Below, one piece after another: positions 13,985 to 27,160 of a stretch of 64,000 bases of DNA (position 1 is the first letter of the stretch; every line of letters begins with the position of its first letter). The notes beneath the pieces were generated by a model. The model was not told the DNA's origin and did no database searches. It saw only the letters and a program-made list of their open reading frames with translations. Origin of the DNA: Eledone cirrhosa (taxonomy: Eukaryota); contig OZ024741.1 of assembly GCA_964016885.1 (NCBI GenBank), positions 61,876,001-61,940,000 of the forward strand, written 5' to 3'. The position numbers and the translations under genes are program-made.

Positions 13985-14275
13985 ATGGGGTTTCTACCTC
14001 TGAACTAGGCAAGGTGTGTTTGTGGAAGACCGGCAGTAGCCCATGCATACCAGTCTCATATCTCCACATGACTGATGTTGTCCAACGGAAAGGTAAAGGC
14101 TAATACAGCTGGGCACCAGTGATGTTGCAACTCATTTCTACAGTTAAGTGAACTTATAGTAATGTGAAATAAAGTGTCTTCCTCAAGAACATAATGCATC
14201 GCCCACTCTGGGAATCAAACTCACAACCTTACAATTGTGAATCCAACTCACTAACCACTCAGCCACATGCCTTCA
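13985..14275 (-). mobile_element. tRNA/CORE-head SINE, third body type
   Basis: Same head as the main SINE, different body; matches 6980-7290. Confidence 0.65.
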
Positions 14276-14282
14276 CATACTA

Positions 14283-14520
14283 GTCTAAAGTCTGTTTTAA
14301 GCCAGAAGGCTCATTTGGGTGGTGCTTATCCTGGACAGGACGCCAGTCCATTGCAGGGTTAAACTCCCAGCTATTGCTGGTACTCATTTTCAGCTGAGTA
14401 TACTGGAGCAACATGAAATGAAATGTTTTGCTCAAGAACACAACATGCAACCCAGGAACCGAACCCACATTATGATCGTAAGTCCAACACCCTTATCACT
14501 AGTCCATGTGCCTCCACATT
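14283..14520 (-). mobile_element. tRNA/CORE-head SINE with V-domain-like body
   Basis: Minus strand reads head, then ccctgcaatggactggcgtcctgtccagg, close to the V-domain motif GATGGACTGGCGACCTGTCCAGG as I recall it. Confidence 0.6.
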
Positions 14521-15269
14521 CACATATTAGTACCATTCGAAAACTACAGGTTATGTACACATACCATCAAAAAGCAATAGGTTGTGTATTGGTATCTTCC
14601 TAAAAATGGATTCAAGTTTGATAAATGATTTAGGACCAGCGATAAAATATCTAACACATTTTATCCAGCGAAGCATTTCACTTCAACAATAACAACAACA
14701 ATAAGATAAAATATAGATAGGATTCCGCATTATTTACCAAATTCTCTGCCAATATCATACAGTAGAAGATTTCTCTCGGGCAGCAACATTGTGTGTGTAT
14801 ACAGCATAAAAGCAAGAATGAATTTAGCAAGTCTTTAAATTAAAACTTGCTTTTGCATAAATAAAATAAAACCAAAATTTCTTTCTTGTCTGCAGAGAAT
14901 TCTTTTGAGTTGATTCTTTCTCCACCACCCTCAACTGATTTTCAAAACCAAAGTTAATGAGTTTTTATGCTCGACGAAAACAATATGCAAATAACTTTGC
15001 TGGCTGTAATTAACTCTAGATTTTATTTATTTATTTATTTATTTATTGTGTAGTGTAATGTTTATATATTTATAATTTAAGTTTCCAGTCTACCTAACGG
15101 ACAAATACTGGCATCTGATAATCACCAAATGAGTGGAGTTCTGTGAAAGCAAAGCAGCTAGAGCAAGAGCGACAGTAATGTCATCATCAACAACAGTAAC
15201 AACATTAACAGCAACAACAATATCAGCAGCAGCATCAGCAACAAACATATCAGTTACATCAACAGCAAC

Positions 15270-17155
15270 ACGACAAGAGCAGCTCCAACAACAACAACAA
15301 GAACAGTTCCAACAACAACAGCAACAACACCAACAAGAACAGTTCCAACAGCAACAACACCAGAAAGAACAGTTCCAACAGCAACAACACCAACAAGAAC
15401 AGTTCCAACAACAACAACACCAACAAGAACAGTTCCAACAACAATACCAACAACACCAACAAGAACAGTTCCAATCAACAACACCAACAACACCAACAAG
15501 AACAGTTCCAATCAACAACAGCAATAACACCAACAAGAACAGTTCCAACAACAACAGCAACAACAACAACAGCAACAACACCAACAAGAAGAGTTCCAAC
15601 AACAACACCAACAACACCAACAAGAACAGTTCCAACAACAACAGCAACAACACCAACAAGAACAGTTCCAACAACAACAGCAACAACAACAATAAGAACA
15701 GTTCCAACAACAACAACACCAACAACAATAAGAACAGTTCCAACAACAACACCAACAACAACAACAACAACAACAGTTCCAACAACAACAACAACAGCAA
15801 CAACGCCAACAACAACACCAACAATAACACCAACAAGAACAGTTCCAACAATAACAGCAACAACACCAACAAGAACAGTTCCAACAACAACAGCAACAAC
15901 ACCAACAAGAACAGTTCCAACAACAACAGCAACATCACCAACAACAACAGTTCCAACAACAACAGCAACAACACCAACAAGAACAGTTCCAAAAACAACA
16001 GCAACAACACCAACAAGAACAGTTCCAACAACAACACCAGCAACATCAACAACAACAGTTCCAACAACAACAGCAACAACACCAACAACAACAGTTCCAA
16101 CAACAACAGCAACAACACCAACAAGAACAGTTCCAAAAACAACAGCAACAACACCAACAAGAACAGTTCCAACAACAACAGCAACAACACCAACAACAAC
16201 AGTTCCAACAACAACACCAACAACAACAACAACAACAACAGTTCCAACAACAACAACAGCAACAACGCCAACAACAACACCAACAATAACACCAACAAGA
16301 ACAGTTCCAACAATAACAGCAACAACACCAACAAGAACAGTTCCAACAACAACAGCAACAACACCAACAAGAACAGTTCCAACAACAACAGCAACATCAC
16401 CAACAACAACAGTTCCAACAACAACAGCAACATCACCAACAACAACAGTTCCAACAACAACAGCAACAACACCAACAAGAACAGTTCCAACAACAACAGC
16501 AACAGCAGCAACAAGAACAGTTCCAACAACAACAACACCAACAAGAACAGTTCCAACAACAACAGCAACAACAGTTCCAACAACAACAGCAACAGCAGCA
16601 ACAAGAACAGTTCCAACAACAACAACAGCAACACCAACAATAAGAACAGTTCCAACAACAACAACAGCAACAACACCAACAAGAACAGTTCCAACAACAA
16701 CAGCAACAACAGCAACAACAGTTCCAACAACAACAGCAACAACAAGAACAGTTCCAACAACAACAACAGCAGCAACACCAACAAGAACAGTTCCAACAAC
16801 AACAGCAACAGCAACAACAAGAACAGTTCCAACAATAACAGCAACAACAACAGCAACAACACCAACAAGAACAGCAACAACAACAGCAACAACACCAACA
16901 AGAACTGTTCCAAAAACAACAGCAACAACACCAACAAGAACTGTTCCAAAAACAACAGCAACAACACCAACAAGAACAGTTCCAACAACAGCAACATCAC
17001 CAACAACAACAGTTCCAACAACAACAGCAACAACAGCAACAGTTCCAGCAACAACACCAACAAGAACAGTTCCAACAACAACAACAACAGCAGCAGCAAC
17101 ATCAGTGTCGTCAACAACAACAACAACACCAACAGCAACACCAACAAGAACAGCT
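15270..17155. repeat. CAA-derived complex minisatellite (about 36-bp unit caacaacagcaacaacaccaacaagaacagttccaa)
   Basis: Seen directly; variable numbers of AAC triplets per unit and a larger internal duplication. Confidence 0.95.
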
Positions 17156-17931
17156 ATATTAATTACAAAGGGCGCAAGAGAAACAACAGGCACAACATCA
17201 ACAACTGGCCAAAATTTAACACTTCATTAAAATAAATTGCAAACAGTACTTTGAGATTCCTTGGTTTTCAATCTAAATTTCACCCAACTAAGAATGAGTG
17301 AAGGTGGTGGTGGTGGTGGTAATGATAAAATTGATGATGGTGTCTGATGAACTGAGTTCAACAAAGATTTCCAACAAGATATTCTTCTTTCAATATTAAT
17401 TGTGGCCTTAAGCAATAAAATTTATATTCAGGGAAGAAAGATGAGTAAAATAAGGCAAATGAGATCTAAAATTCTTTGAATTAAAATCATTATAATATAT
17501 TCACAGTATGTGTTGGAGTTTGTGATGGTGCATGGCTTAGTGGTTAGAGTATTCAGCTCACTTTCAGACAGAGAGTTCTTGATTAGTTTCTTTGTAGACA
17601 TCACATATGCTCTACATTTAATGCATATGTCTCTCTACAATATGAGAAAGGCATGTTTCCTTCTCTGACCTGACAAGTCTCCAGCCAAAACAAATTATTA
17701 AACCTATATTAGGATAGAAAGCAAGCATAAAATGATGATTATGATGAGGATGATGATATGCAGTAGGGGAAGAGTAAGCAAAACCTGGACAGAAGTGCTG
17801 AAAGCTTATCTCAAACTACTAAACCTCACAGAGGATATGACAAAGGAATGCCACAAGTGCAGAGAGACTGTATCCCAAACATTGAAAAGTGGACATAAAA
17901 TTATGATAAATATATATATATATATATATAT

Positions 17932-18260
17932 ATCATCATCGTTTTACGTCCGCTTTTCCCTGCTTGCAAGGGTGGGACGGGAACTGATTCTGGCTTGATT
18001 TCTACAGCTGGATGCCCTTCCTAACACCAACCTCATTTACAGTGAGTGCTGGGTGCTCTTTTGCTGTGGCACCTCCACGACCACTTTGCAGTGGAATGAT
18101 AGGGACCTCAGTCCCTATCATCTCATTTCTACAGCTGAGTAAACTGGAGCAATGTGAAATAAAGTGTCTTGCTCAAGGAAACAACACATCACCCGGTCTG
18201 GGAATTGAACTCACAACCTTTCAATGGAAAGGCCAATGCTCTAACGAAGCCATGTGCCTC
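17932..18260 (-). mobile_element. tRNA-derived SINE, tail type A
   Basis: Reverse complement matches the 48464 and 57678 copies along their full length. Confidence 0.85.
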
Positions 18261-18262
18261 CA

Positions 18263-18553
18263 TAATGTATTGAGTACCTTACTTATTGTGGTAAGCCCCT
18301 CTTGAACCTGGGACTCATCATCATCATCATCATCATCCTCATCATCATCATCTATATATATATATATATATATATATGTCACCACAATAAGTAAGGTACT
18401 CAATACATTAGTAGAGTGTAAACATTAAATCTAATATAGAAATAGCTTATACAGGACAAGAACTGCTTCATTCCATGGAAATCATATCCTGGTGATTTCC
18501 TTCAAATGAAACAGTTCTCGTCCTGTAGAACACATTTCTATATCAAATGTTTA

Positions 18554-18555
<2 letters not shown>
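18263..18555. repeat. Double fold-back: 30-bp perfect inverted repeat plus adjacent 23-bp hairpin
   Basis: 18263-18292 is the reverse complement of 18381-18410; 18450-18472 pairs with 18505-18527 with 2 mismatches. Confidence 0.85.
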
Positions 18556-18606
<51 letters not shown>

Positions 18607-19084
18607 TCTGATCTAGTGATTCATTTTCATGCACACTAACATTATACATCTATGCTGTAAGCCATTTTTCCTCTGCTCTAATGATTCCACCATTTTGCTG
18701 CCTAATTAATTCTTGTAGAGAAAGGGCAGTCTTTTTAATGAAACTCCAAATAAACAGCACTGGTAATTAATCCGGTTGATAATGTAGTATTGAGGACAGA
18801 ATCAGAATTCAAACATGGAACTGAAAAGAACCAAAATAAATAATGTGATACATTTAGACTGGTTTTCTAAAGTTATTTATTAGTTCTGGCATCTAGAATG
18901 CTTAAATATTATATTTAGAATATCTACTGTTTTTAATGACAACGACGAACATATGGTTTAATTCTCAAATTGTCAAATATATTTCTATTGTTTCAATCAA
19001 TTTACTTTCCATTATTAACAACTACTTCCAGACATATTTTGCAAACTTGAAGAAACTTTATTATATGTATATTATATATATTCA

Positions 19085-19455
<371 letters not shown>

Positions 19456-19977
19456 GAATGCGCATGGCTTAGTGGTTAGAGCATTGGGCTTGCAATGAAG
19501 GCGCATGGCTTAGTGGCTAGAGCATTAGGCTTGCAATGAAGGTGCATGGCTTAGTGGTTAGAGCATTGGGCTTGCAATCGAAAGGTTGTGAGTTCAATTC
19601 TTGGACCGGGTGATGTGTTGTTTCCTTGAGCAAGATACTTTATTTCACATTGCTCCAGTTTACTGAGCTGTAGAAATGAGATGATAGGACTGGGGTCCCT
19701 ATCATTCCACTGCAAAATGGTCGTGGAGGTGCCATGGCAAAAAAAGCACCCAGGCCACACTGTAAAGTGGACGTGTAGGCGCCACGGAAAAAAGAAAAGC
19801 ACTCACTGTAAATGAGGTTAGTGTTAGGAAGGTCATCCAGCTGGAGAAATCAAGCCAGAATTAGTTCCTGTATGAGCAAGACAAGGTCAGCCGACCGGAA
19901 ACTGCCCACAACAGGACAACCCGTCTAACCCATGCTAGTGTGGAAGAACAGACGTAAAACGGTGATGATGATGATGA
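19456..19977 (+). mobile_element. tRNA-derived SINE, tail type B, with triplicated 41-bp head
   Basis: gcgcatggcttagtggttagagcattgggcttgcaatgaag starts at 19460, 19501 and 19542, followed by the full body, tail B and (GAT)n. Confidence 0.85.
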
Positions 19978-19994
19978 CACATATATATATATAT

Positions 19995-20880
19995 AAAAGT
20001 GTTGATGAGTAGAAAAGAGGACAAAACCCTGATTCCGTCAGGAAAATGGCCATGTTCGATATGCAGAAAAGGAACTGGCATAAATTCTATAAAATGCACA
20101 CAATGCAGATCCTGGGTACACAAGAGATGTAGCGGGATAGCAGGCAAACTAACAGGTAGGGAGAAATATGTATGCAGTAGATGTACAGGGAAATTAGACA
20201 GTAGAAGTCGCACTGATAGACACATTTTTCAAATGCGAGAGGGCGCTATAGAAGTGGTGGATAGCTTCCGGTACCTAGGAGATCAGATTAGCATGGGAGG
20301 AGGGTGTTCCGAGGCCATAGTATCTAGAATAAGGACGGGTTGGAAGAAGTTTAGGGAGCTGCTTCCTCTGTTGACGAAGAAGGGTTTCTCCCTGCGTACG
20401 AAAGGCCGGTTGTATGATGCATGTGTGAGGAGCGCGATGCTGCATGGTAGTGAGACATGGGCAGCAACCGCAGAGGATATGCGACGGCTGGAGAGAAATG
20501 AGGCAAGCATGCTCCGTTGGATGTGCAGTGTAAATGTGCGTGAACGACCCAGCATAAATGTGTTGAGAGAGAAACTGTGTCTGAGAGGGATAGAATGTAG
20601 TGTACGGGAGAGGAGACTGAGGTGGTATGGACATGTGATGCGCATGGAGGATGACCGATGGGTGAAGAAGTGCCAGGAAATGCCAGTTGAAGGAAGACGT
20701 GGTAGAGGTAGACCACGAAAAACATGGGCGGAGGTGGTGAGAACAGACCTCAGATCATTGAAGCTCACGGTGCAGATGACGAGGGACCATGACGAGTGGA
20801 GAGATGCTGTGCTGAATAAGACCCGTCCCACCCTTGCAAGCAGGGAAAAGCGGACGTAAAATGATGATGATGATGATGAT
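19995..20880 (+). mobile_element. 5'-truncated RTE LINE, family A, uninterrupted 286-codon C-terminal ORF
   Basis: ORF 19999-20859: C4HC3 finger, VVDSFRYLG, RIRTGWKKF, MLHGSETW, RRLRWYGHVMRM, GRRGRGRPRKTW. Stop is followed directly by (GAT)n; (TA)n on both sides. Confidence 0.92.
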
Positions 20881-22802
20881 ATATATATATATACACACAT
20901 ATATATATATACATACACATATATATACATACACATATATATACATACACATATATATATATATATACATACACACATATATATAAATATGATGGTGCCC
21001 CCTTGTTATCGAGTATGGCCATTGCACAATATAACATTATTAATAATCATGAATTAATGCTATCGTGCAATGCCTGTGTATGAAGATTTTTTTTTAAAGT
21101 GAGGAAACTGTGCACTGAGCCAATCTCACTCTCTGAACAAAAGTAGCTATAACCCCAAAAGAAGAAAAGATCAACATCATTGGTAATTACTGAGCCGCAT
21201 GTTTTACGTCAGAGTCATCCCAGTTTCCTGAGTTGCCTTCTCCTAGAAGAATGCCATAACAAAGGTTAGGGGGTTCTTCACTCCCAGTTTAACCGCATGA
21301 TCGGGAGTGCAGCCCGACTATTTCTATGTCCCCGGGCATATACATACATATGCACATGTGTATATATACATATTTACACACTTTTGGGTGGCTGTTGACT
21401 CTTATGAGTTCTGCCGCACTTTGTCAGGTTTTGTTTTTTGTCCTCCTCCGTTCTTCCACACTAGCATGGGTTAGACGGGTTGTCCTGTTGTGGGCAGTGT
21501 CCAGTCGGCTCACCTTGTCTTGTTCACACAGGAACTGATTCTGGCTTGATTTCTACAACTGGATGCCCTTCCTAACACCAACCTCATTTCCAGTGAGTGC
21601 TGGGTGCTTTTTTTCTGTGGTGCCTACACGTCCACTTTAAAATGTTATCACAACACATTCTTATACAGTGCATGAAATTACATTTGGTAGAAAAACATTA
21701 GTTGATAACATAATAATACTATACAATATGCCACATAAGACAAGAGAATAATTAGAGAGGATTTACTAATATCAAAATATAACGGAAAATTTAACACAGA
21801 TTACAGCAGGCAGGAAGCCTATTATAAAAACTACTGTGTTTCAACTGTTAAATAACTTTTAAGTCTTTCATTACCATATTTCTATTGAAAAACATTGTCA
21901 ATGGTTTTTAATAATTTTGAAAATAGACATAATTTGAAGAGATTTAATAATATAACTAACTTTCTCATTATCAAGATGCAGTTTGAAACAAATATTCTTA
22001 AATATGATTTTGACAGAAGATTTTTAGATAAATATAAACACTTTAAAATAAACAGCTTTGCATCAAAGGACCAGGGCCAGTTTCAAGCAGTTTGATATCA
22101 AAATGTTTAAATTGGGCATCCATGATTATTCATTAGCACTCCCAAGACCCTTTTCAATCACTGCAAAACACATGAACAATACAACAAAAAAAGACAGTTT
22201 TGTGAAATAAATATATTTTATGTTATTTTTAATGGCATCTAATATTACTTTGCAATATACCTAACAGTTTTCTAAACCTAAAATAAATATAAATGTATCC
22301 ATAATGGAGAAAGGTATAGTGATGTATTAAGAAGAAAAATTGTTTCAGCAGAGATATATTGTAGAGGAATGTCAAACTAGCTAACCTACTCATTTACAGA
22401 AAACTAAAATGAGCAGGTGTTCATTTCAAATCATATATTCAATTTGATTGGTTTTGTGCAGCATAACCAATTTACATTTTGAGGGGTTAGAAAAAAGAGA
22501 AGTGTCATTTGAGATTTTAATATCAGCATTCCACCACTCCACCATTATGTGATACTAGGTGGCACTGTACATCCAGAACTGTGTCAGCCTGAAAAGAGGT
22601 GTGCAGAAAGCTGACAAATGCATTTCAAAATGATTTAGAAGATATGAAAGGAGTGACGAAAATAGACTCAGTAAAATTGGTAATCTACTGAGCAATACTT
22701 AATGCTTTGTGATGGAAATTTGAGGAAACAGAAACTATGTAAAAGTATGTCCTACATGTATGTGTGTATACATAAATATATATATACACATACACACCTA
22801 TA

Positions 22803-23113
22803 TCATCATCATCATTTTACGTCCGCTTTTCCCTGCTTGCAAAGGTAGGACGGGAACTGATTCTAGCTTGATTTCTACAGCTGGATGCCCTTCCTAACAC
22901 CAACCTCATTTACAGTGAGTGCTGAGTGCTTGTTTTCCGTGGCACCTACACGTCCACTTTACAGTGTGGGCTAGGTGCTTTTTTGCCGTGGCACCTCCAC
23001 GACCACTTTGCAGTGGAATGATATGGATCCCAGTCCTATCATCTCATTTCTACAGCTCAGTAAACTGGAGCAATGTGAAATAAAATGTCTTGCTCAAGGA
23101 AACAACACATCAC
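22803..23113 (-). mobile_element. tRNA-derived SINE, tail type A, head truncated
   Basis: Matches other copies from the CORE-like block to the tail. Confidence 0.8.
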
Positions 23114-23417
23114 AATATATATATATATTGGAAAATGTATGAAATCCTTGGTACAGTTAGGTATATTTAAAAAAAGGAAAAGAATGACTTCACTTTTAGT
23201 TCTAAAAATTTGATTTAATTTTATAATATTATGAGTTGGTAGATCTAGTAAGTTCTTTGTTAATTTCGATGGGAAGATTTTTAAAGGCGATTGTCAAACT
23301 GAGATCAGCTTGTGATGTGTGACTCTATATATAAGAGAGATTTGGGTGTGTCTGGGGAGGGGGGTGCAGTGTTAATAAGTGTGGGAGTGAAGGAGTGTTG
23401 ATGAAGATTTAAAGATA

Positions 23418-23901
23418 CTAGCAAAAAAAACCACCCTTCAGGTGGTTTTCTGCTAGCATGTGTAGTGTGTATATTCATATTATACACAAGTATATATGCA
23501 TATAGATATGATACATCAAATAAAATCGTAATTGACAATATACACAGAAATTCAACGAAGACTGTGTTACACTGTCTAATTTAATCAGTAATGTAATCTA
23601 TAATACATTAAAAAAAAGACGATATTATATATAAACTGCATTAGGAGAAAATTAGTGACGGAAATATATGAGTATTTATTTAAGCGATCGTCACCGGAAG
23701 TGTTGGCATTTGAAAATTTTAAAGAAGTGAATGTTTAAATAAATAATAAAATATATTTAATGAACAGCCATGAAATTTATTACATAAATTATGCAATATT
23801 CATTCATTATTTATTCAAAGTAATCCAACTTATTTTACTAAGGGAATAAAAAATGATAAACCGTACGCAATCCCGCGCTTCTTACTTTATTATAGTTTAG
23901 A
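23418..23901 (-). mobile_element. Non-autonomous Helitron
   Basis: Minus strand A|TCTAAACTATAATAAAG ... subterminal hairpin aaaaccacc-tgaag-ggtggtttt ... CTAG|T. Homologous to 38170-38646. Confidence 0.8.
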
Positions 23902-24133
23902 TTATAATATTATGAAATTAAATCAAAGTGTTTAGAACTAGAAGTGAAGTCATTTGTCAGCAAATAAATGTTCTAAACTAAAATTTAATCGTTTTAACAC
24001 TTTGTATCTCGGCTCTGTAAAACACTTGAAAATTTGCATTGAGCCTTTTGTCATACCGGTAACCGGCTGGTACGTCGTACTATCCTCCATATTTATAATT
24101 GTATTAAACATATATAAATATAAATATTCTTAT

Positions 24134-24175
<42 letters not shown>

Positions 24176-24177
24176 TA

Positions 24178-24730
24178 TCATCATCATCATCATCACCATT
24201 TTATGTCTTCTTGCACGCTAGCATGGGTTAGACAGGTTGTCCTGTTGTGGGCAGTGTCCAGTCGGCTGAGCTTGTCTTGCTCACATGGGAACTGATTCTG
24301 GCTTGATTTCTACAGCTGGATGCCCTTCCTAACACCAACCTCATTTACAGTGTGGGCTGGGTGCTTTTTTGCCGTGGCACCTCCATGACCACCTTGCAGT
24401 GGGAGGATGTGGGGGAATATTGTCTATATGCTTCAGCTTCGGCTTGTACCCGTGGGAAATCAGGTTTTCTGTATTACTGCGTGACACTAGAGGTCACGGT
24501 CATGTGTCATCACCTTTGAGAGTTGCAATTAGGTAAGGTCGGCTTTTATCACCTCATCCCAGGTCTCCTTGGGTCTCCCCACTCAGCGGCTTCCATCAAC
24601 TTCTAGTGCTCTGCACCTTTTTATGCATCTGTCATCCTTCATACACATCACATGTCCATACCAATGCAACCTCCTCTCCTGCACACAACATTTGATTCCC
24701 CTTATGCTCAGTCTCTCTCTCAATTTGTTC
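24178..24730 (-). mobile_element. 5'-truncated RTE LINE, family B
   Basis: Reverse complement aligns by eye to about 13115-13662. Confidence 0.85.
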
Positions 24731-24741
24731 AGAATTACCTA

Positions 24742-24772
<31 letters not shown>

Positions 24773-25049
24773 CCCTCATCATTTTAACATTCACTCTCCC
24801 TCTTAGCAAGGGTTCCTCTATATGTATCTGCTTTTCCATGATTGTATTGGGTGGGCATATTTTTTTTAGGCAGTATTTCTTGGCCAGATACATTTCTTGT
24901 CAATATATGTTTCTTGTTTTCAAGCAAGTCACATAAGATACATATTTTTCTGATCTTTACTCATCAAAATATTGAAGTATAGGTCATAAAAAAACATCCT
25001 GGTGTCAATTTGGAAGATACACACAAACATATATATATTATCATCATAA

Positions 25050-26220
25050 TAGTCATCATCATTTTTATGTCCATTTCTCTATGCTTGCATGAGATGGGTT
25101 GGATGGGTCCTTCTTAGCAAATCATCTCTCCACGTGCAGCATTCCTTCGTTGTCTTCTCTGTGAGTCTCAGCGTTTTCAGCTCAGCTCTCACAACTTCTG
25201 CCCAAGTCTTTCTTGGTCAACCTATACGGCGGCTTCCTTCCACTAGCACTTCATCACCCATCAATCATCATCCATGCACATCACATGTCTGTACTAATGC
25301 TGTCTTCTCTCCTGCACACCACCTCAAATCCCTCTTAAATCCAGCTCCTCCCACAGCTCATCTAAGCTCTGCCTTTCTCTCACAATTACATTGCACATCC
25401 AACGAAGCATGGTTGCTTCATTTCTCTCCAGTCTACACATTTCCTCTATAGTCACAACTGATGTTTCACTACCTTGAAGCATCGCACTTTGCATACAGTC
25501 AAGTCATCCCTTTGTATGTAGAAAGAAACATGTTGTAGTCATCAGTGGAAGTAGCCCTCTAGAGTTTTTCCATCCTATCCTTATTCTTGCTATTATATTT
25601 TCAGACCACATTCCTCCACTGCTAATTAAGTCACCTAGATAGCAGAAGCTATTAACTACTTCTATGGACCCTTCCTGTGACACAAAAATGTTTATTTCAC
25701 TGACACTCTTTCTCTTGATTACCCCTGTGCATCTACATACAAAGTCTTCTTTTCTGCTAGTCTACCTCTTATCTCACTACATCTCTTGTGTACCCAAGAT
25801 TTATATTGTGTACATCGTATGGAGTTTATGACTATGGAGTTTATGACTACTCCCTTTCTCCATATTGAGCAGGGCTACTTCTCTGAAGGAATCAGGGTCC
25901 TACTCACTAGCACTTAAGTTTCAGCCAAGTTTAAACTCAGACCTTTTGATTTCAAATTTTGTTTCCATAATCAGAACTTATTTCCAAGTTCTTTAATATG
26001 TTTGGTTACAAGGACTAGATCATCAGCATAAAATGTTCCCATGGGCAGCCAGTCTTTAAACTCCTCTGTTATAGCCTGGAGAACTATAATGAACAGCAGT
26101 GAGCTAAGAACCGAACCTTGATGAACTAGCTGTACCTTGAATTCCTCACTAAACTCACTTCCTATTCTCACTTTACTGACAGCTCCTCCGTATATGGCTT
26201 GCACTGCTCTTACAAGCCAT
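25050..26220 (-). mobile_element. Decayed RTE LINE 3' portion
   Basis: VHQGSVLSSLLFIIVLQAITEEFK, YADDLVL, a degenerate PHD region, FCYLG and an RTE-type tail. Confidence 0.8.
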
Positions 26221-26232
26221 TCTTATATATAT

Positions 26233-26263
<31 letters not shown>

Positions 26264-26755
26264 AAGGAATAAATAAATAACCAAGGTTTAATACATTATT
26301 TAATTGATTTACATGTGTTTCTTTCAAATACAGAAGGAGGTAGCATGTCCGAATGTCTCCAAACATGGAAAAATTTGAAAAATTACATTTAGTCATGAAA
26401 GCATTAAAATTTATGGAAGCCTAAATGTGCAAATTAAAATTTATTAGTAGTACATATACTATGTTGTTAGTTTGACTCTTAAACTTAATACTTGTACATA
26501 GACTCAAATAAACGTTATAGGAATAAAATTAGAGCTTAACAATTTAATAACACTTATTGATTAAATTTACAACCAATTTTAATTCTAACTATATAGTATG
26601 TTAAGCAAAAACAATATAAAAATTATGGAAGCTTAAATTAGTAATAATGTATCAAGTAGAATGATTTATACAGTTGTATTATCAACTCATCTGATCTACC
26701 TTATATATATATATTACATTTACGTAATAGTGTCTTGTCCAAAAATGATACTTAA

Positions 26756-27025
26756 CCCTTTAGCATTTACACCAGGCGTAACCGGCCAGAATTCTCTCAC
26801 CTTTCTGTTTAAACTGACTGTAACTGGATGTTTATACTGATGTTAAAGTATTGTCTTCAAAATAAATAACAGCAAAATCTCGTAGATTCAATATTATGTG
26901 AAATGATGATGTAAGATAAAGCCTTTACCACAAACATACAATAGTATATATAGAGAATTGTAAGATAAAGCCTTTACCACAAACATACAATAGTATATAC
27001 ATAGACTAATGTAACTGCTAAAGGG
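26756..27025 (+). mobile_element. piggyBac-type MITE with an internal tandem duplication (about 49-bp period)
   Basis: TTAA|CCCTTTAGCATTTA...TGCTAAAGGG|TTAA; gtaagataaagcctttaccacaaacatacaatagtatata occurs twice. Confidence 0.8.
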
Positions 27026-27160
27026 TTAAAGTTCCAAATAAACTTGAAGGTGGTTGGGGTAATGAATGATTACTGCCTGATATATGAGACAGAGCACTAA
27101 TGTTTTATTCAAACATAGATTCATTATATATTAGCCACCTGAGTTTATCTGAAACATTAA

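Noticed and set aside
14565-14599. Minus-strand 35-nt AG...GT segment (KIPIHNLLLFD) as a THUMPD3 exon
   Set aside because: No convincing match to THUMPD3 methyltransferase motifs.
14896-14957. Acceptor followed by NSFELILSPPP, reminiscent of stathmin AFELILSP
   Set aside because: The frame stops after about 20 codons, there is no good donor and no coiled-coil exon is visible; probably chance.
15090-17193. 685-aa poly-Leu and 572-aa poly-Val minus-strand ORFs
   Set aside because: Antisense readings of the CAA repeat; stop-free because of base composition.
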